Virus record (IMG/VR): IMGVR_UViG_3300032285_004054
Location: 124,001 to 188,000 of that record
Direction: 5' to 3' (one strand)
DNA: 64,000 bases
Position 1 is the first letter of the stretch. Each line of letters opens with the position of its first letter. The position numbers were made by a program, and so were the translations under genes. The notes below the pieces were generated by a model. It saw only the letters and a list, made by a program, of their open reading frames with translations, was not told the origin of the DNA and ran no database searches. Below, one piece after another: positions 1 to 9,557 of this stretch.

Positions 1-1227
1 GGGAAAATCCCATTCAGCTAAATAAGGATTTTCGTTCGGAACAGTATACGCAACTATAGTAGCGTTTTCAGCAGTAGCGGTAGCTGCAGGTGTAATTGTT
101 GTAAATACGTAACCGCCTGTATCAAACCCGTTGACATCGGTACGTTGAAAATGTATAGCGTCAGGATCAGTAGTGTAGGGTGTTGTAGCAGAAACATTAA
201 TCACAGAAGGTACTATATTACCATCTTGATCTATTATATCTAAATTTAAGACTGTTGATAACCCTGTAGGATTATCTACAGGGAAATTGTAAATTATACC
301 ACTACTTGTTGTCGGTACACCAGTATAACAAAAACGATTTGCAAGATTTGAATGACCGGTTATTAATACCGGTATGGGGTAACCAGCCCATTTACTTGTT
401 GATATACCGTCAATATAATTACCTGTTACTTTAAAATAATCAGGCTTATAATCATAGAACTGCCAGGCAATAGTAGCACGGGTTACTGTTGTATTACTAT
501 AACTAAAATATTTGTATGTATTGGTTTCAAGCGGTACAGGTAGTGCTGATGTCTGCAATGTAGCGATAATAACTAACGGGCAATTTTCTGTAGGGTTACC
601 TATACTTTGATCATCTCTAAATTTGAATTGACCGGAACCTGAAACAGCTACAACGTTACCGTCTTTATTATACAGATTAACAGTTTCAATATTTAGAGTA
701 TCAATGGCGTTACCACTTAAATCGTAAAAACTCCAAGTAGGTGTTAAGAATTTCCATTTACCAGTAGCAAAATCAAGCGGTATAGAAGGAGAGTTTGCCG
801 CAAATAATTTTACTTTAATGGGTTCATTTATTTGAGCAGATATTATGTTAACAGTAAACGGTTCAGGAGAAATTTCTCCGGGTGTACCGAACTGTTTCGG
901 GTAATTTGCAAACGATATATAATCTCTATAAACGTAGTCAACAGAAATACTCGCAGTATTAGTACTATAGGTATTATCATACCCAAAAGCAGATAATGTA
1001 ACCGTATATATACCTGGAAATTTATATACATGAGACGGGAACAATGTATCGTATGCAATATTACCGTCACCGAAATTCCATATAACTTGTTTTACATTAG
1101 GGTCATACGCGGAAATACTCGTATATGTAGGACCGTTAAAATAAAAAACAGTACCATATACGTCTCCTGATAATTGAGGAACACCTGTAAGTGATGTTGA
1201 GTATATACTAATAGGAGGCGTAACCAT
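1..1227 (-). CDS. PKD-domain virion/baseplate protein, 3'-truncated by the window edge (possible gp7-like wedge subunit)
   Basis: Not in the ORF track. ATG at 1227 gives MVTPPISIYSTSLTG...VIWNFGDGNIAYDTLFPSHVYKFPGIYTVTLSA, a classic PKD motif (W-FGDG...H-Y--PG-YTV-L). Frame checked open at both ends; lies directly after gp6. Confidence 0.7.
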   Translation of the reverse strand, partial: MVTPPISIYSTSLTGVPQLSGDVYGTVFYFNGPTYTSISAYDPNVKQVIWNFGDGNIAYDTLFPSHVYKFPGIYTVTLSAFGYDNTYSTNTASISVDYVYRDYISFANYPKQFGTPGEISPEPFTVNIISAQINEPIKVKLFAANSPSIPLDFATGKWKFLTPTWSFYDLSGNAIDTLNIETVNLYNKDGNVVAVSGSGQFKFRDDQSIGNPTENCPLVIIATLQTSALPVPLETNTYKYFSYSNTTVTRATIAWQFYDYKPDYFKVTGNYIDGISTSKWAGYPIPVLITGHSNLANRFCYTGVPTTSSGIIYNFPVDNPTGLSTVLNLDIIDQDGNIVPSVINVSATTPYTTDPDAIHFQRTDVNGFDTGGYVFTTITPAATATAENATIVAYTVPNENPYLAEWDFP

Positions 1228-1235
1228 ATAAAGTA

Positions 1236-3038
1236 TTAATTTATAACAATGTAATTAGTTATATTATTGAGATTATTATAGTAAGGAAATTCAAAATAAT
1301 TTAACGAGACGTTGTTTGATGTTGATATGGCATCCTGATAAGGATAGTTAGGGTTCCAGACATATATAGATAGTCCTTCAACTTTAACATCAGGAACGTC
1401 TGTACGGGCCGTGTAAAATGTTTGTACACCATCTACAGCTAAAATTTCTTGTGTTAAGCCTCTAACATCGAGTGTCATACCTAATGATAATCTTAGATTG
1501 CTAAAATAATTTGTAAAAATATTTAGAATGTCGTTTGCAATGGCTTGCTTATTACGTAAAGAATTAGGTAACTGCTTAACTTGTAATTGAATACAGGATT
1601 GATCTCCTGCAGGGTATAACAGCTTACCGGGATTTGCTATACCGATACTAACAGCTTTGTAAACAGGGTCAATAAAGACAATCTCAGCTGTTGTTAAAGC
1701 AGTATCAGATAATGATGATTTTATTAACTGTTTTTGTGCAGGTGCTAAATAGTTAAATGTTGTGTTGGTAGCGCGAGGTGCAACAACTAGATATATATTG
1801 TTAAAGTTACAACTATCAGCGTATAATACCTGATTTATTAAAGCTCTATCTGTTAGGTTAGGGTTATTAACACCAAGCTTATAAAAATATTGTAAATATT
1901 GAGATACGTAATCGGTATTGTTTACAACTCTAACGTCGGTAATAAGATTTGCAAAGTTTGTTTGTATAAACGTTTGAAAATCTTTGGTAGTTACAAGGCG
2001 ATACTGACTTCTAAAATTCGAAGGTGCAATATCACGGATGTTATCTGTTGTTTGGGATGCGCGTATATTAGTCGAGCTTGAATTATTTGTTATAAAGATA
2101 TTTTGACTAATTTGTGTATCTGTTAAAAAATTGTACTGGTTACCTACAATATCGCTTAATATATTTTTGAATTGAGGTGTATTAAGTTTTACGATACCGT
2201 TGCTACCGTTAAATGATAACGGACCTACTATACCGCTAGTTCCATCGCTCTGTAGGTAGTATACTGCAACTAAATCACCGCTACGAAGTTTTAATCCGTT
2301 AATATCATTACCAAATTTAATTTCATATCGTTGATTTTCATTTAATCTAATTTCGTATTTTTTAGCAGTACCTGTTTCGAGATATAAACTATTTGTAGGT
2401 GTATATTGACTCCATGTACCGTTTAGATTAGAATAAACGTATACGTCAATGTTAAAGTGATCTACTAATACACCTGCTGTATCTAATAATACAATTTCGT
2501 TATCGTCCCCTGCAGCTGTGTATGTAGGATATTCTTGATAACTACCTTGATATAAAAATACGTCTTGAGAGAGCTGGGTAAGCAATTCATTTGAATTGTT
2601 TGTTTTGGCAAATGTTACATCCTGTGTAAATGAAAAAGCAATATTACTTGTTTTAATTGATGAATATCTTGGTATAGTGTATAGACCTATATCGAGCCCG
2701 TTTGAGGAATTTGCTGATGCATTAAACGTTAATGTTGATGTTTGATAACCGATAGGTTTGTAATCAATAAGCTTAACAATGCGGTTCATGTTTTCGTAAA
2801 GCTGTGCTTCACTAAACATAGATTCAGTACTTGTCTTATTGAGATAGTAAATTAGAGTATTGTACGAGTATGCTACTATATCTATAATTGATGCAAGATT
2901 ACTACCGACAAAGTTTTGATCAGTAAATGTTCCTTGTTCGTTTAATCGATCGATAATAAGCTGTCTTAGAGACATTGCGTCGAAGGCCATATAGCCTCCA
3001 GCTGGTATATCGTAAGGGTTTTGCGGTGTAGTTGCCAT
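1236..3038 (-). CDS. gp6: Baseplate wedge subunit (T4 gp6-like)
   Basis: N-terminal FDAMSLRQLIID...FTDQNFVGSNLASIIDIVAY...ESMFSEAQLYENMNRIVKLIDYKP and YEIKFGNDING, RLVTTKDF match the gp6 pattern; 600 aa; next to gp25. Confidence 0.9.
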   Translation of the reverse strand: MATTPQNPYDIPAGGYMAFDAMSLRQLIIDRLNEQGTFTDQNFVGSNLASIIDIVAYSYNTLIYYLNKTSTESMFSEAQLYENMNRIVKLIDYKPIGYQTSTLTFNASANSSNGLDIGLYTIPRYSSIKTSNIAFSFTQDVTFAKTNNSNELLTQLSQDVFLYQGSYQEYPTYTAAGDDNEIVLLDTAGVLVDHFNIDVYVYSNLNGTWSQYTPTNSLYLETGTAKKYEIRLNENQRYEIKFGNDINGLKLRSGDLVAVYYLQSDGTSGIVGPLSFNGSNGIVKLNTPQFKNILSDIVGNQYNFLTDTQISQNIFITNNSSSTNIRASQTTDNIRDIAPSNFRSQYRLVTTKDFQTFIQTNFANLITDVRVVNNTDYVSQYLQYFYKLGVNNPNLTDRALINQVLYADSCNFNNIYLVVAPRATNTTFNYLAPAQKQLIKSSLSDTALTTAEIVFIDPVYKAVSIGIANPGKLLYPAGDQSCIQLQVKQLPNSLRNKQAIANDILNIFTNYFSNLRLSLGMTLDVRGLTQEILAVDGVQTFYTARTDVPDVKVEGLSIYVWNPNYPYQDAISTSNNVSLNYFEFPYYNNLNNITNYIVIN

Positions 3039-3041
3039 TTA

Positions 3042-3554
3042 TTATAAGTTTTTAGATGGTATGATTGTAAAGTTTTGATTCTTAGTATTAAGAATGTAAT
3101 TTACTGTATCAGTAGTATTTAATGTTGGGAAATTTAAGATTATACTAATATTATAACGATTGTGATCAGGATCAGCTTCAACATTAACGTTAACGACACT
3201 AACTCTAGGTTCGTATTTTGTAATTACATTTAGTATTTGGCTGCCAATAGCTAAAGCGTTAGATTGTGTGATTTGTGTAAAAAGATGTTGTCTTAAATCT
3301 AAACCATAATCAGGGAATAAAAATCTCTGTCCTGGCAGGGTATTGAAGAGATTTGTTATAGAATTACGAATAGCTAGGGTATCGTAGTCAACTTTTATAT
3401 CAGAGCCTGTTTTATACGGGTAACCGTTACTTAAAGATATGTGTTGTTCCATATCTAGCGCTAAATCGCTGTACACATACGAACCACCATTATAGCCTTG
3501 CTGATCGGTATAAGTACTTGCGACTTGTTCTAAAGTTTTTATCTTTATGGCCAT
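3042..3554 (-). CDS. gp25: Baseplate wedge subunit gp25 (GPW/gp25 family)
   Basis: AIRNSITNLFNTLPGQRFLFPDYGLDLRQHLF...ITKYEPRVSVVNVNV signature. Confidence 0.92.
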   Translation of the reverse strand: MAIKIKTLEQVASTYTDQQGYNGGSYVYSDLALDMEQHISLSNGYPYKTGSDIKVDYDTLAIRNSITNLFNTLPGQRFLFPDYGLDLRQHLFTQITQSNALAIGSQILNVITKYEPRVSVVNVNVEADPDHNRYNISIILNFPTLNTTDTVNYILNTKNQNFTIIPSKNL

Positions 3555-3607
3555 TTCTACACTATTATTTAGTTAAGAAGACCATAAATAATATAACAAC
3601 AGCAATT

Positions 3608-4156
3608 ATGGATCCTAAATTTAATATTTTATTTGAAAATCTTCTAGAGAGATATCAGCAAGGTGGTTACCTAATTGGCGATAGAGTTAGATTTCGTAAC
3701 GATGCTCTTCGTCATGAATTCTTTAAAGATAAGGCAGCTAGCTTTGTTGAGCTTGTAAAATCCTGTTCGAATGAAAATTTTGATTTAAATTTAAGAATTT
3801 CTTCGTTAAAGAGTGTATATCCAACAACTACACAAAATTATCGTGGAGGTACTGAATCACCTGATAAGATTTTTGCTGATATTATTGTTGAATACGCTCC
3901 TGGTCTCTATCGTACACCTATGACAGTACCTATTGAAGTACTTGAACTTATGGAAGACGGTATCAACCGCGGACCAGTACCTAATAGTTTAAAGAGAAAG
4001 AGTGATATTCACGGTCCTAAGGAAATAAAAACCAAAGAAACGAACGATCTTAAGGCTGAAGTTAATCTTAAGAATACAAACGTAAAGCTACCTGGTGGTA
4101 ATAAATGGGATGACAGTAAACCAGGTGGAGGTAATAAACCTAAGAAGAAACGCTAA
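3608..4156 (+). CDS. Conserved T4-like late hypothetical protein
   Basis: The ORF-track start (3518) overlaps gp25; the ATG at 3608 (MDPKFNILFENLLE) follows a CATAAATA late motif at 3583-3590. Confidence 0.65.
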   Translation: MDPKFNILFENLLERYQQGGYLIGDRVRFRNDALRHEFFKDKAASFVELVKSCSNENFDLNLRISSLKSVYPTTTQNYRGGTESPDKIFADIIVEYAPGLYRTPMTVPIEVLELMEDGINRGPVPNSLKRKSDIHGPKEIKTKETNDLKAEVNLKNTNVKLPGGNKWDDSKPGGGNKPKKKR

Positions 4157-4244
4157 GTCTAAGTAGAAACTTAGCAAAATGAAAATACAATGTATAAACA
4201 CACTCGGACTATGTCTTGCAACCTATAAGTACTTTTAAAATTTT

Positions 4245-5216
4245 ATGATATTCGACGAACAAATCTCCCGTAAACCCAACAATTATAAATGGACCGACGA
4301 ATTCATTGAGTCGATGCATAATGGATTCTGGACTGATAAAGAATTCTCTTTTAAGTCTGATGTTCAACAATTCAAAGTAAATCTAACTGAACAAGAAAGA
4401 GAGATTATTATTCGTACACTTTCAGCTATCGGGCAGATTGAAATTGCTGTTAAAACTTTTTGGGCTAAGTTAGGAGAGAATCTTCCTCAGCCTTGTTTTC
4501 AGGATCTTGGTTATGTTATGGCTAATACAGAAGTTATTCATAACAATGCTTATGAAAGACTTCTTTCCGTTCTTGGTTTAGAGGATGTATTTGAAGAGAA
4601 TCTAAAGCTCGACTGGATTGAAGGTCGTGTGAAGTATCTTCGCAAGTATACTCACAAGTTTTACAAGGACTCAAAGAAGCAGTATCTATATGCTATTATT
4701 TTGTTTACGCTTCTCGTTGAGAATGTTTCTCTAATGAGTCAATTCTATGTTATCAATTGGTTTGCTCGTCATAAAAACGTTCTCAAGGATACTGATCAAC
4801 AAGTAAAGTACACTCGTAACGAAGAGAATATTCATGGACTTGTTGGTACAAAGATTATTAATACCATCAGAGAAGAATACCCTGAATTGTTTGATGAAGA
4901 GCTTACAGAGCGTATTCTTCATGAAGCTCAAGAAGCTTATAAGTCCGAGGCTAAGATTGTTGACTGGATGGTTAACGGTATTCAAGAAGATGGACTCACT
5001 GCGCCTGTTCTCAAAGAGTTTATTAAAGATCGAATTAACGAATCTTTAAAGGGTATTGGTTTCCCTGAAACCTTTGAGACTGATAAAGAGCTTGTTAAAA
5101 AGACAATGTGGTTTAACGAAGAGTTATTGGGTAACAACATGACTGACTTTTTTCATAGTCGTCCGGTAGAGTACTCCAAGAAATCACAATCTTTCTCTGA
5201 AGATGATTTATTCTAG
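4245..5216 (+). CDS. nrdB: Ribonucleotide reductase class Ia beta subunit
   Basis: Diiron/tyrosyl motifs QIE, EVIHNNAY, ENVSL, NEENIH; C-terminal DFFHSRPVEYSK tail. Confidence 0.95.
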   Translation: MIFDEQISRKPNNYKWTDEFIESMHNGFWTDKEFSFKSDVQQFKVNLTEQEREIIIRTLSAIGQIEIAVKTFWAKLGENLPQPCFQDLGYVMANTEVIHNNAYERLLSVLGLEDVFEENLKLDWIEGRVKYLRKYTHKFYKDSKKQYLYAIILFTLLVENVSLMSQFYVINWFARHKNVLKDTDQQVKYTRNEENIHGLVGTKIINTIREEYPELFDEELTERILHEAQEAYKSEAKIVDWMVNGIQEDGLTAPVLKEFIKDRINESLKGIGFPETFETDKELVKKTMWFNEELLGNNMTDFFHSRPVEYSKKSQSFSEDDLF

Positions 5217-5256
5217 TTGTTGTCTAAGATTTTTAGATTAAAATAATAGATACAAC

Positions 5257-6906
5257 ATGAACAAAGACATCTATTGGCTTAATAAAGACTCGAGAAAATT
5301 TCTCAGTCGAGGTTACCTTGTAGAAGGAGAAACCGCCGAACAACGTATAAGAGATATTGCTGAAAAAGCTGAGCATTATCTTAATCTTCCTGGTTTTGCA
5401 GATAAGTTTGAAGATTATATGCACAGAGGTTTCTATTCTCTAGCATCTCCTATCTGGTCTAACTTTGGCCGTGTTCGTGGTCTTCCTATCTCCTGTTTTG
5501 GTTCGTATGTCAATGACGACATGGATGATATTCTATATAAAGTTGCTGAAGTAGGTGTTATGTCTAAAGTTGGTGGAGGTACATCTGGGTACTTTGGGGC
5601 TATTCGCCATCGTGGTGCTCCTATCTCTTCTGGCGGTGAGGCAACTGGTGTACATCATCAGTTATCAGTTTTTGAATCTCTTACAAATTATATCTCCCAA
5701 GGTAATGTTCGTCGTGGTTCATTTGCTGCTTATCTTCCTATTGATCATCCAGATATTGAAGAGTTCTTAAAGATTCGCGGAGAAGGCGATGATATTCAGA
5801 ACTTATCAATAGGTGTATGCGTATCTGACGAATGGATGAAATCCATGATTGCAGGTGATAAAGATAAGCGTGCTATTTGGGGATTAGTTATTAAGAAGCG
5901 TTTTGAGTCCGGTTATCCTTATATCTTCTTTACAGATAATGCTAATAACCAGGCACCTAAAGTTTATAAAGATAAAGGTCTGAAGATTAATCATAGTAAT
6001 CTTTGTACTGAGATTATGCTTTCAAACGGTATTGAAGAGTCATTTGTCTGTGATCTTTCTTCTCTTAATCTTGAGCGTTGGGATGAATGGAAGGATACAG
6101 ATGCTGTAGAAACTTTAGTATATTTCTTAGATTCAGTAATGACTGAATTTATTAATAAGACAGAAGGTATGAAGTTTATGGAGCATCCTAGAAACTTTGC
6201 TATTAATCAGCGAGCTCTAGGTGTTGGTATTCTTGGTTGGCATTCTCTTCTTCAGCTTAAGATGATTGGGTTTGAATCAATGGGCGCTAAAATGCTTAAC
6301 AATCAGATTTGGAAATTTATTAGAGAAAAAGCAGATCTTGCTTCTGAAGCATTAGCTAAAGAATACGGCGAAGCACCTCTTCTTAAAGGGTACGGTCGTC
6401 GTAATACAACTACATTAGCAGTTGCTCCTACAACATCTTCTTCTTTTATTCTCGGACAGGTCAGTCCTTCTATCGAACCTCTTAATAGTAATTACTTTGT
6501 TAAGGATTTAGCTAAGGGTAAGTTTACATTTAGAAATCCTTATCTTAAAAAGCTTCTTAAAGAGAAGGGTAAAGATGATGATGATACTTGGAAGTCAATT
6601 CTTATTAAGGGCGGTTCAGTGCAGCATCTTGATTTTCTAACTCAGGAAGAGAAGGACGTATTCAAGACATTTGGTGAGATTTCACAAAAAGAGATTATTA
6701 TTCAAGCTGCTGCTAGACAGAAGTATATCGATCAAGGTCAATCATTAAACGTAATGATTCCACCTAATACAAAACCGAAGGATGTTAATGAGCTTCTTAT
6801 CTTTGCCTGGGAACAAGGTATTAAATCACTTTATTATCAGCGTTCAGCAAATCCTGCGCAAGAGCTTGCTCGTTCAATTCTTACTTGTGCATCGTGTGAG
6901 GCTTAA
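5257..6906 (+). CDS. nrdA: Ribonucleotide reductase class I alpha subunit, no ATP-cone
   Basis: LPISCF, SNLCTEI, LAVAPTTSSS, YYQRS and C-terminal CASCEA; 549 aa. Confidence 0.96.
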   Translation: MNKDIYWLNKDSRKFLSRGYLVEGETAEQRIRDIAEKAEHYLNLPGFADKFEDYMHRGFYSLASPIWSNFGRVRGLPISCFGSYVNDDMDDILYKVAEVGVMSKVGGGTSGYFGAIRHRGAPISSGGEATGVHHQLSVFESLTNYISQGNVRRGSFAAYLPIDHPDIEEFLKIRGEGDDIQNLSIGVCVSDEWMKSMIAGDKDKRAIWGLVIKKRFESGYPYIFFTDNANNQAPKVYKDKGLKINHSNLCTEIMLSNGIEESFVCDLSSLNLERWDEWKDTDAVETLVYFLDSVMTEFINKTEGMKFMEHPRNFAINQRALGVGILGWHSLLQLKMIGFESMGAKMLNNQIWKFIREKADLASEALAKEYGEAPLLKGYGRRNTTTLAVAPTTSSSFILGQVSPSIEPLNSNYFVKDLAKGKFTFRNPYLKKLLKEKGKDDDDTWKSILIKGGSVQHLDFLTQEEKDVFKTFGEISQKEIIIQAAARQKYIDQGQSLNVMIPPNTKPKDVNELLIFAWEQGIKSLYYQRSANPAQELARSILTCASCEA

Positions 6907-6915
6907 GCTTTAAGC

Positions 6916-6944
6916 TTGCCTGTTTATAAAATGCCATCTATTAT
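6916..6944 (+). promoter_or_regulatory. Sigma70-like promoter, start codon 6 nt downstream
   Basis: TTGCCT-17 nt-TATTAT-6 nt-ATG(6951). Confidence 0.6.
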
Positions 6945-6950
6945 GGTGGC

Positions 6951-7481
6951 ATGAATATATTTGTAACCGACAGCGATCCTATTGTTTCTGCTAGGGAGCT
7001 TTGTGATAAACACGTTCGTTCTAAGATGCAGATAGAGTCTGCTATTATGCTTCAAAACGCGTTTACCAATGAGCAATTAAGTTCATCTGATTGTCCTAGA
7101 ACTAAAACAGGTAAGGTTCGTTCATCAGGTAAAGGTTATTCAAAACATCAATGTACTATCTGGGTTAAAGAATCTAGAGCTAATTTTGAATGGCTCGTTG
7201 AACATGCTCTAGAAATGTTTAATGAACGTAATTACCGTTGGCCTGATTCCTCAGAGCATTTTACTAAGGAATTTATTCTCTGGTGCAAAGACAATATGAA
7301 TAAAACTATTCATACGACTAATACATTAACACCTTTTACCGTAGCTATCAGTCAAGATAGTAACTGTCGTAAAATTAAAGACTTTGATAAACTATCTGTT
7401 ATCGAGCAATACAGACTTTATATTAAGTACGATAAACTTTTTGCTGCTTGGACAAAGCGTAATAAACCTAATTGGTTTTAA
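6951..7481 (+). CDS. denV: Pyrimidine-dimer DNA glycosylase / endonuclease V-like protein
   Basis: MNIFVTDSDPIVSARELCDKHVRSKMQIESAIML...HQCTIWVKESRANFEWL...YRLYIKYDK typical of the phage Pyr_excise-like family. Confidence 0.75.
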   Translation: MNIFVTDSDPIVSARELCDKHVRSKMQIESAIMLQNAFTNEQLSSSDCPRTKTGKVRSSGKGYSKHQCTIWVKESRANFEWLVEHALEMFNERNYRWPDSSEHFTKEFILWCKDNMNKTIHTTNTLTPFTVAISQDSNCRKIKDFDKLSVIEQYRLYIKYDKLFAAWTKRNKPNWF

Positions 7482-8248
7482 CCTACTTTCCAGATATTAA
7501 TATCAAATAATATTGCAGACGGTACTGCAACTGGAGCCGCTACTACGAACGCAGTCGAAGCATCTCGTCTAACGACGAACTTATACTTTGTTGTTAAAGA
7601 AGTAACTTGAAATTGACCTTTAATACTTATTTGCGGCGAATTACTTCCCCATGCATCAATAGCAACAGTTACGGGCCCTTGCAGTATAACATTATTGCTA
7701 TCATCTACAAGATAAGCATCTAAAGCAACGTTTAAGTCAGCATACGGTACAGCAATTCCTGGACCGTCTAATTCAACCCTATATATTCCAACTGAAGGAA
7801 ATTGAAATGTATTGTCGCTGTTTATAGTTATACCGATATTATTAAGTTGATTTACAGGTGTACTACTAATTTTGAGTGTTCTTGTTGGAGTACTACCTGC
7901 AAATAAATTAACAGCTGAGCCGTTTACAGCACCAGTTGAACTAGTAACTGTTTTTAGTAATCTTGGTGCTTCAACTGAACTAGCAACTTCAACAAGTCTT
8001 GTGTAAGGGTAATTTCCAATATTGTTCACATTACTACTTAATCCGTGTATCAAAGAAAGTAAATAGTTATAATCTATTTGTTCTTGTATTTTAGCAGCAC
8101 TTATTTGACATGTAAGATAATTTGTATTGGCATTTATATACTGCAGAGAATCGCCCATACAATCATCTAGACTAATTGACCAAGGACCTGTTCCTGGGCA
8201 GGTTATAACTGGCGGGGAACCACCTGGAGGATTAAAAAGTGTAGCCAT
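7478..8248 (-). CDS. Putative virion fibre/appendage protein
   Basis: N-terminal GDSLQYINANTNYL resembles the gp9/gp10-type coil anchor; beta-rich C-terminus (NTFQFPSVGIYRVEL) resembles C1q/BclA heads; AATAAATA late motif at 8263-8270. Confidence 0.5.
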   Translation of the reverse strand: MATLFNPPGGSPPVITCPGTGPWSISLDDCMGDSLQYINANTNYLTCQISAAKIQEQIDYNYLLSLIHGLSSNVNNIGNYPYTRLVEVASSVEAPRLLKTVTSSTGAVNGSAVNLFAGSTPTRTLKISSTPVNQLNNIGITINSDNTFQFPSVGIYRVELDGPGIAVPYADLNVALDAYLVDDSNNVILQGPVTVAIDAWGSNSPQISIKGQFQVTSLTTKYKFVVRRDASTAFVVAAPVAVPSAILFDINIWKVG

Positions 8249-8277
8249 ATACTATTGTAAAATATTTATTACTGTTT

Positions 8278-8844
8278 TTAACTATTTCGAGCTAAAATAT
8301 CGCTTGCCTTTATTTTAACAGGTACAGGTTCTTTACCTTGTACAAGCTCTGCTTCAATAACATTTGGATCAGGTAATGTTTTACCGCTTAAAATATGCTT
8401 CATAATTTCTTCTCTAGAAGCTAAGACAACTTGTGTATTATTATTTGTAATAGTGTTACCTGTTATGTTTTGGGTAGGTGTTTGTACAGTAGAAGCTGCT
8501 ATTTGTTTTTTACCTTCTATTTTTAATTGTTCAATTTCTTTTGTTGCTTCAATTTTTTTCTTTTGAAGCATCGTTTTATTGAGAATTTCAATCGCACCTG
8601 TTGCTGAATTTATTAATGAAGCAAGAGAAGCTATTTCTTCTGGATCTTGACCTTGTATAATAAGATCTTTTACACTGTTAATAGAATGAATACTTGCATC
8701 AATAAGCTCTCCTGATTTTTTAAGAACGAATTCAGTAACCTTATCTTCAGATAGATCTGTTACCGGTGCAGGTACTAAAGCTGTTGTAGGTTCAAAACTA
8801 AAACTAGAAAGCTCGTCAAGTAATGTATTTAAATTGTCCGACAT
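8278..8844 (-). CDS. Probable terminase small subunit (gp16-like)
   Basis: DPEEIASLASLINSATGAIEILNKTMLQKKK...TITNNNTQVVLASREEIMKHI parallels the T4-like TerS layout (P-xxEV-xxLI...TNN-xFVGST-EL); TATAAATA at 8852-8859. Confidence 0.6.
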   Translation of the reverse strand: MSDNLNTLLDELSSFSFEPTTALVPAPVTDLSEDKVTEFVLKKSGELIDASIHSINSVKDLIIQGQDPEEIASLASLINSATGAIEILNKTMLQKKKIEATKEIEQLKIEGKKQIAASTVQTPTQNITGNTITNNNTQVVLASREEIMKHILSGKTLPDPNVIEAELVQGKEPVPVKIKASDILARNS

Positions 8845-8881
8845 TGTTGATTATTTATAATAGTATATTAATTTAATAGAT

Positions 8882-9046
8882 ATGAGTATTACAGTCAACA
8901 CTCTCTACGGTACTTTTATTGTACCTGATGAGAAGCAAGATCAATTAATTCAATGGCTCCAGACTAATGCTGTAAAAGCAGGTCAGGAACCAATCGGTGA
9001 AATCAAAGAAGATAACTATACCGGGAGACAATTAATCAATGAGTAA
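8882..9046 (+). CDS. Small hypothetical protein (54 aa)
   Basis: Not in the ORF track; hand-translated MSITVNTLYGTFIVPDEKQDQLIQWLQTNAVKAGQEPIGEIKEDNYTGRQLINE; stop overlaps the dut start. Confidence 0.65.
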   Translation: MSITVNTLYGTFIVPDEKQDQLIQWLQTNAVKAGQEPIGEIKEDNYTGRQLINE

Positions 9047-9542
9047 CACAGTACAAGAACTACAAGGTAAGTCTAAGGAAGAACTTCAGGAACTCTATAG
9101 ACTTCTATTCGTTAAAACTCATCCTGATGCAGTACTACCTGTACGTAACCATAAGGATCCTGTTTTTGGTGATTCAGGTTATGATGTTACTGCAGTAGAA
9201 GATACACTAATTCCTGCAAGAGGTGCTAATATTGTTCCTGTAGGTTTAAAACTTGCCCAGGTTCCTCCTGGTTTCTGGATTCGTATTGAGAGCCGTTCCG
9301 GTCTTCAGTTTAAGCATAACATCTCTGCTTTTAACGGTATTATTGATAACGGCTATCGTGGGGATATGGGTGTAAGGCTTATTAATAGCTCTAATACTGA
9401 TTACCAGGTTAAGAAAGGTGATCGTATTGCCCAGCTTGTTCTCTACCCTCTTATTGTAGTAACTGAAGAAAATGTTCAGTTTGTAACAGAAGCTACTGAT
9501 TCTACAAGAGGCGAAAATGGCTTTGGATCTTCTGGAAATTAA
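9039..9542 (+). CDS. dut: Trimeric dUTPase
   Basis: GDSGYDV, RIESRSGL, GIIDNGYRGDMGV, RIAQLV, RGENGFGSSG motifs. Confidence 0.97.
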   Translation: MSNTVQELQGKSKEELQELYRLLFVKTHPDAVLPVRNHKDPVFGDSGYDVTAVEDTLIPARGANIVPVGLKLAQVPPGFWIRIESRSGLQFKHNISAFNGIIDNGYRGDMGVRLINSSNTDYQVKKGDRIAQLVLYPLIVVTEENVQFVTEATDSTRGENGFGSSGN

Positions 9543-9551
9543 GCGTATAAT
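9523..9551 (+). promoter_or_regulatory. Sigma70-like promoter, start codon 6 nt downstream
   Basis: TTGGAT-17 nt-TATAAT-6 nt-ATG(9558). Confidence 0.6.
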
Positions 9552-9557
9552 CGCTTT

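Noticed and set aside
843-1070. 75-aa minus-strand ORF in the track
   Set aside because: Alternate frame inside the longer PKD-domain gene.
4152-4244. Small hairpin, possible promoter and 5-codon upstream ORF (MSCNL) before nrdB
   Set aside because: Stem is weak and AT-rich, no convincing NrdR box, and a 5-codon ORF is expected by chance.
4731-5770. Short ORFs overlapping nrdB/nrdA
   Set aside because: Fully nested in well-supported genes; no motifs.
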